Assembly (NCBI GenBank): GCA_034717975.1
Contig: JAYEMF010000135.1
Span: 1 to 31,095 of the forward strand
DNA: 31,095 nucleotides
Source of the DNA: Campylobacterota bacterium
GTDB lineage: Bacteria > Campylobacterota > Campylobacteria > Campylobacterales > Sulfurimonadaceae
Direction: 5' to 3'
A program made the translations under genes and the position numbers. Below are positions 30,100-31,095 of the stretch, piece after piece (position 1 is the stretch's first letter; every line of letters begins with the position of its first letter). The notes below the pieces were generated by a model that had not been told where the DNA came from, made no database searches, and worked only from the letters and a program-made list of their open reading frames with translations.

Positions 30100-30921
30100 C
30101 TATTTTTTATCCGAAGCGAATTTTTCCAATGCATTTATAATCTGTTCGACATCTTCATGTGTGTTATCTGTGATAAGCGAACCTCCTGCGAGCTCCCTTT
30201 GTACTAATTCAGGGTCATATGATACTGATCCGACAACTCTGCTTTTCAGCTCTCCCAACTTCTCCATTATCATCGATTCCATCTCTTTGGAACTGATTTT
30301 ATTTAAAATCAACCAGAAGTTTTCCATTTGCGTTTTTCTGCAAAAAACTTCTATCCTTTTTGCAATGGAGATAGATTCAAGCGTGGGATCAAGGATAACC
30401 AGTATAATATCCATAGTGTCGGGGATCTTTCTTCCGAAATGCTCGATTCCCGCCTTCATGTCAATAAGGCTTACCCACTCTCCCTGTACCATGAAATCCC
30501 TGACCACCTTTTCTACGGGTCCGTCACAGCCCTGACCGTAAGTTTCTATCTTTCCTGCCTGGAAGAGGCTGATCCCTCTCTCTTTGACATAATATTCGTG
30601 TGGGATTTCCCGGGCGATATCTACTCTTTTTTCCGGCACAGGCACTGAGTCGTCGGTCCTTGTAAGCGGAGAAGGGTCATCTACCGGGCAGGTGACAACC
30701 TCGATCCCGCCAAAAAACTCTATAAGAGGCTTCGGTTCATTCTTGACTCCCAATCCAAACATCAACCTGATCAACCCTTCAGGATTGGACGCGTCGCCGT
30801 CGAGAACCAGTGTTTCGTATCCTCTTTTTTGCAGAATATCGGCCATCAAGGCGACAATGGTGCTCTTTCCACTGCCCCCTTTGCCGCATACCAGAATCCT
30901 CTTTCCGACAATCGGTTTCAT
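30100..30921 (-). CDS. CooC/AcsF-like P-loop ATPase (variant)
   Basis: GKGGSGKST, GKIETYGQGC, DMKAGIEHFGR, ILNK, YDP; ATG 30921. Confidence 0.8.
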   Translation of the reverse strand: MKPIVGKRILVCGKGGSGKSTIVALMADILQKRGYETLVLDGDASNPEGLIRLMFGLGVKNEPKPLIEFFGGIEVVTCPVDDPSPLTRTDDSVPVPEKRVDIAREIPHEYYVKERGISLFQAGKIETYGQGCDGPVEKVVRDFMVQGEWVSLIDMKAGIEHFGRKIPDTMDIILVILDPTLESISIAKRIEVFCRKTQMENFWLILNKISSKEMESMIMEKLGELKSRVVGSVSYDPELVQRELAGGSLITDNTHEDVEQIINALEKFASDKK

Positions 30922-31095
30922 CGATTCATATTCTTTCTCTCTGTGTACCAATTTTGTATCTTTTCAACTTTCTTATACTTACTATAGTACAATCAATATG
31001 TACCAACTCTTAAGAGGAAAGCATGGAATCAACACTCTTTGACTTGAAATCAGGAACAAAAATAACCATAAAGCGGCTTGAAGGCGGAGAAGAGT

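Overview
A gene-dense 31 kb bacterial region. Style and gene content suggest Campylobacterota (Sulfurovum/Sulfurimonas-like); this is an inference. (1) 1-128 is a repeat/palindrome array resembling a tyrosine-recombinase element end; it has cut off the start of a MinD-family 4Fe-4S ATPase inside its Walker A motif. (2) About 123-8572 is a metal/sulfur-handling cluster: three NifB/NifX-family proteins, MBL hydrolase, flavin reductase, ArsP-like and split permeases, Ni/Co transporter plus DUF1007, rhodanese, TsaA/TrmO and TauE. (3) A 7TM-DISM diguanylate cyclase lies divergent from an unannotated 48-aa 4-Cys miniprotein that has a Crp/Fnr-type class II promoter. (4) A complete N-type ATPase gene set is split into two head-to-head halves (atpDCQR on -, atpBEFAG on +) around an 80-bp spacer, with non-canonical residues in subunits a, c and alpha. 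(5) An ion/energy-storage block follows: CBS protein, cation:proton antiporter, Ppk2, LOG, SpoIIAA-like protein, glucan phosphorylase, a multiply deleted glycosyltransferase pseudogene, NifJ-type PFOR, a CLC protein and a CooC-like ATPase lacking CxC. No rRNA, tRNA, CRISPR array or intact transposase was seen. All calls are by motif recognition by eye; no database searches were run.
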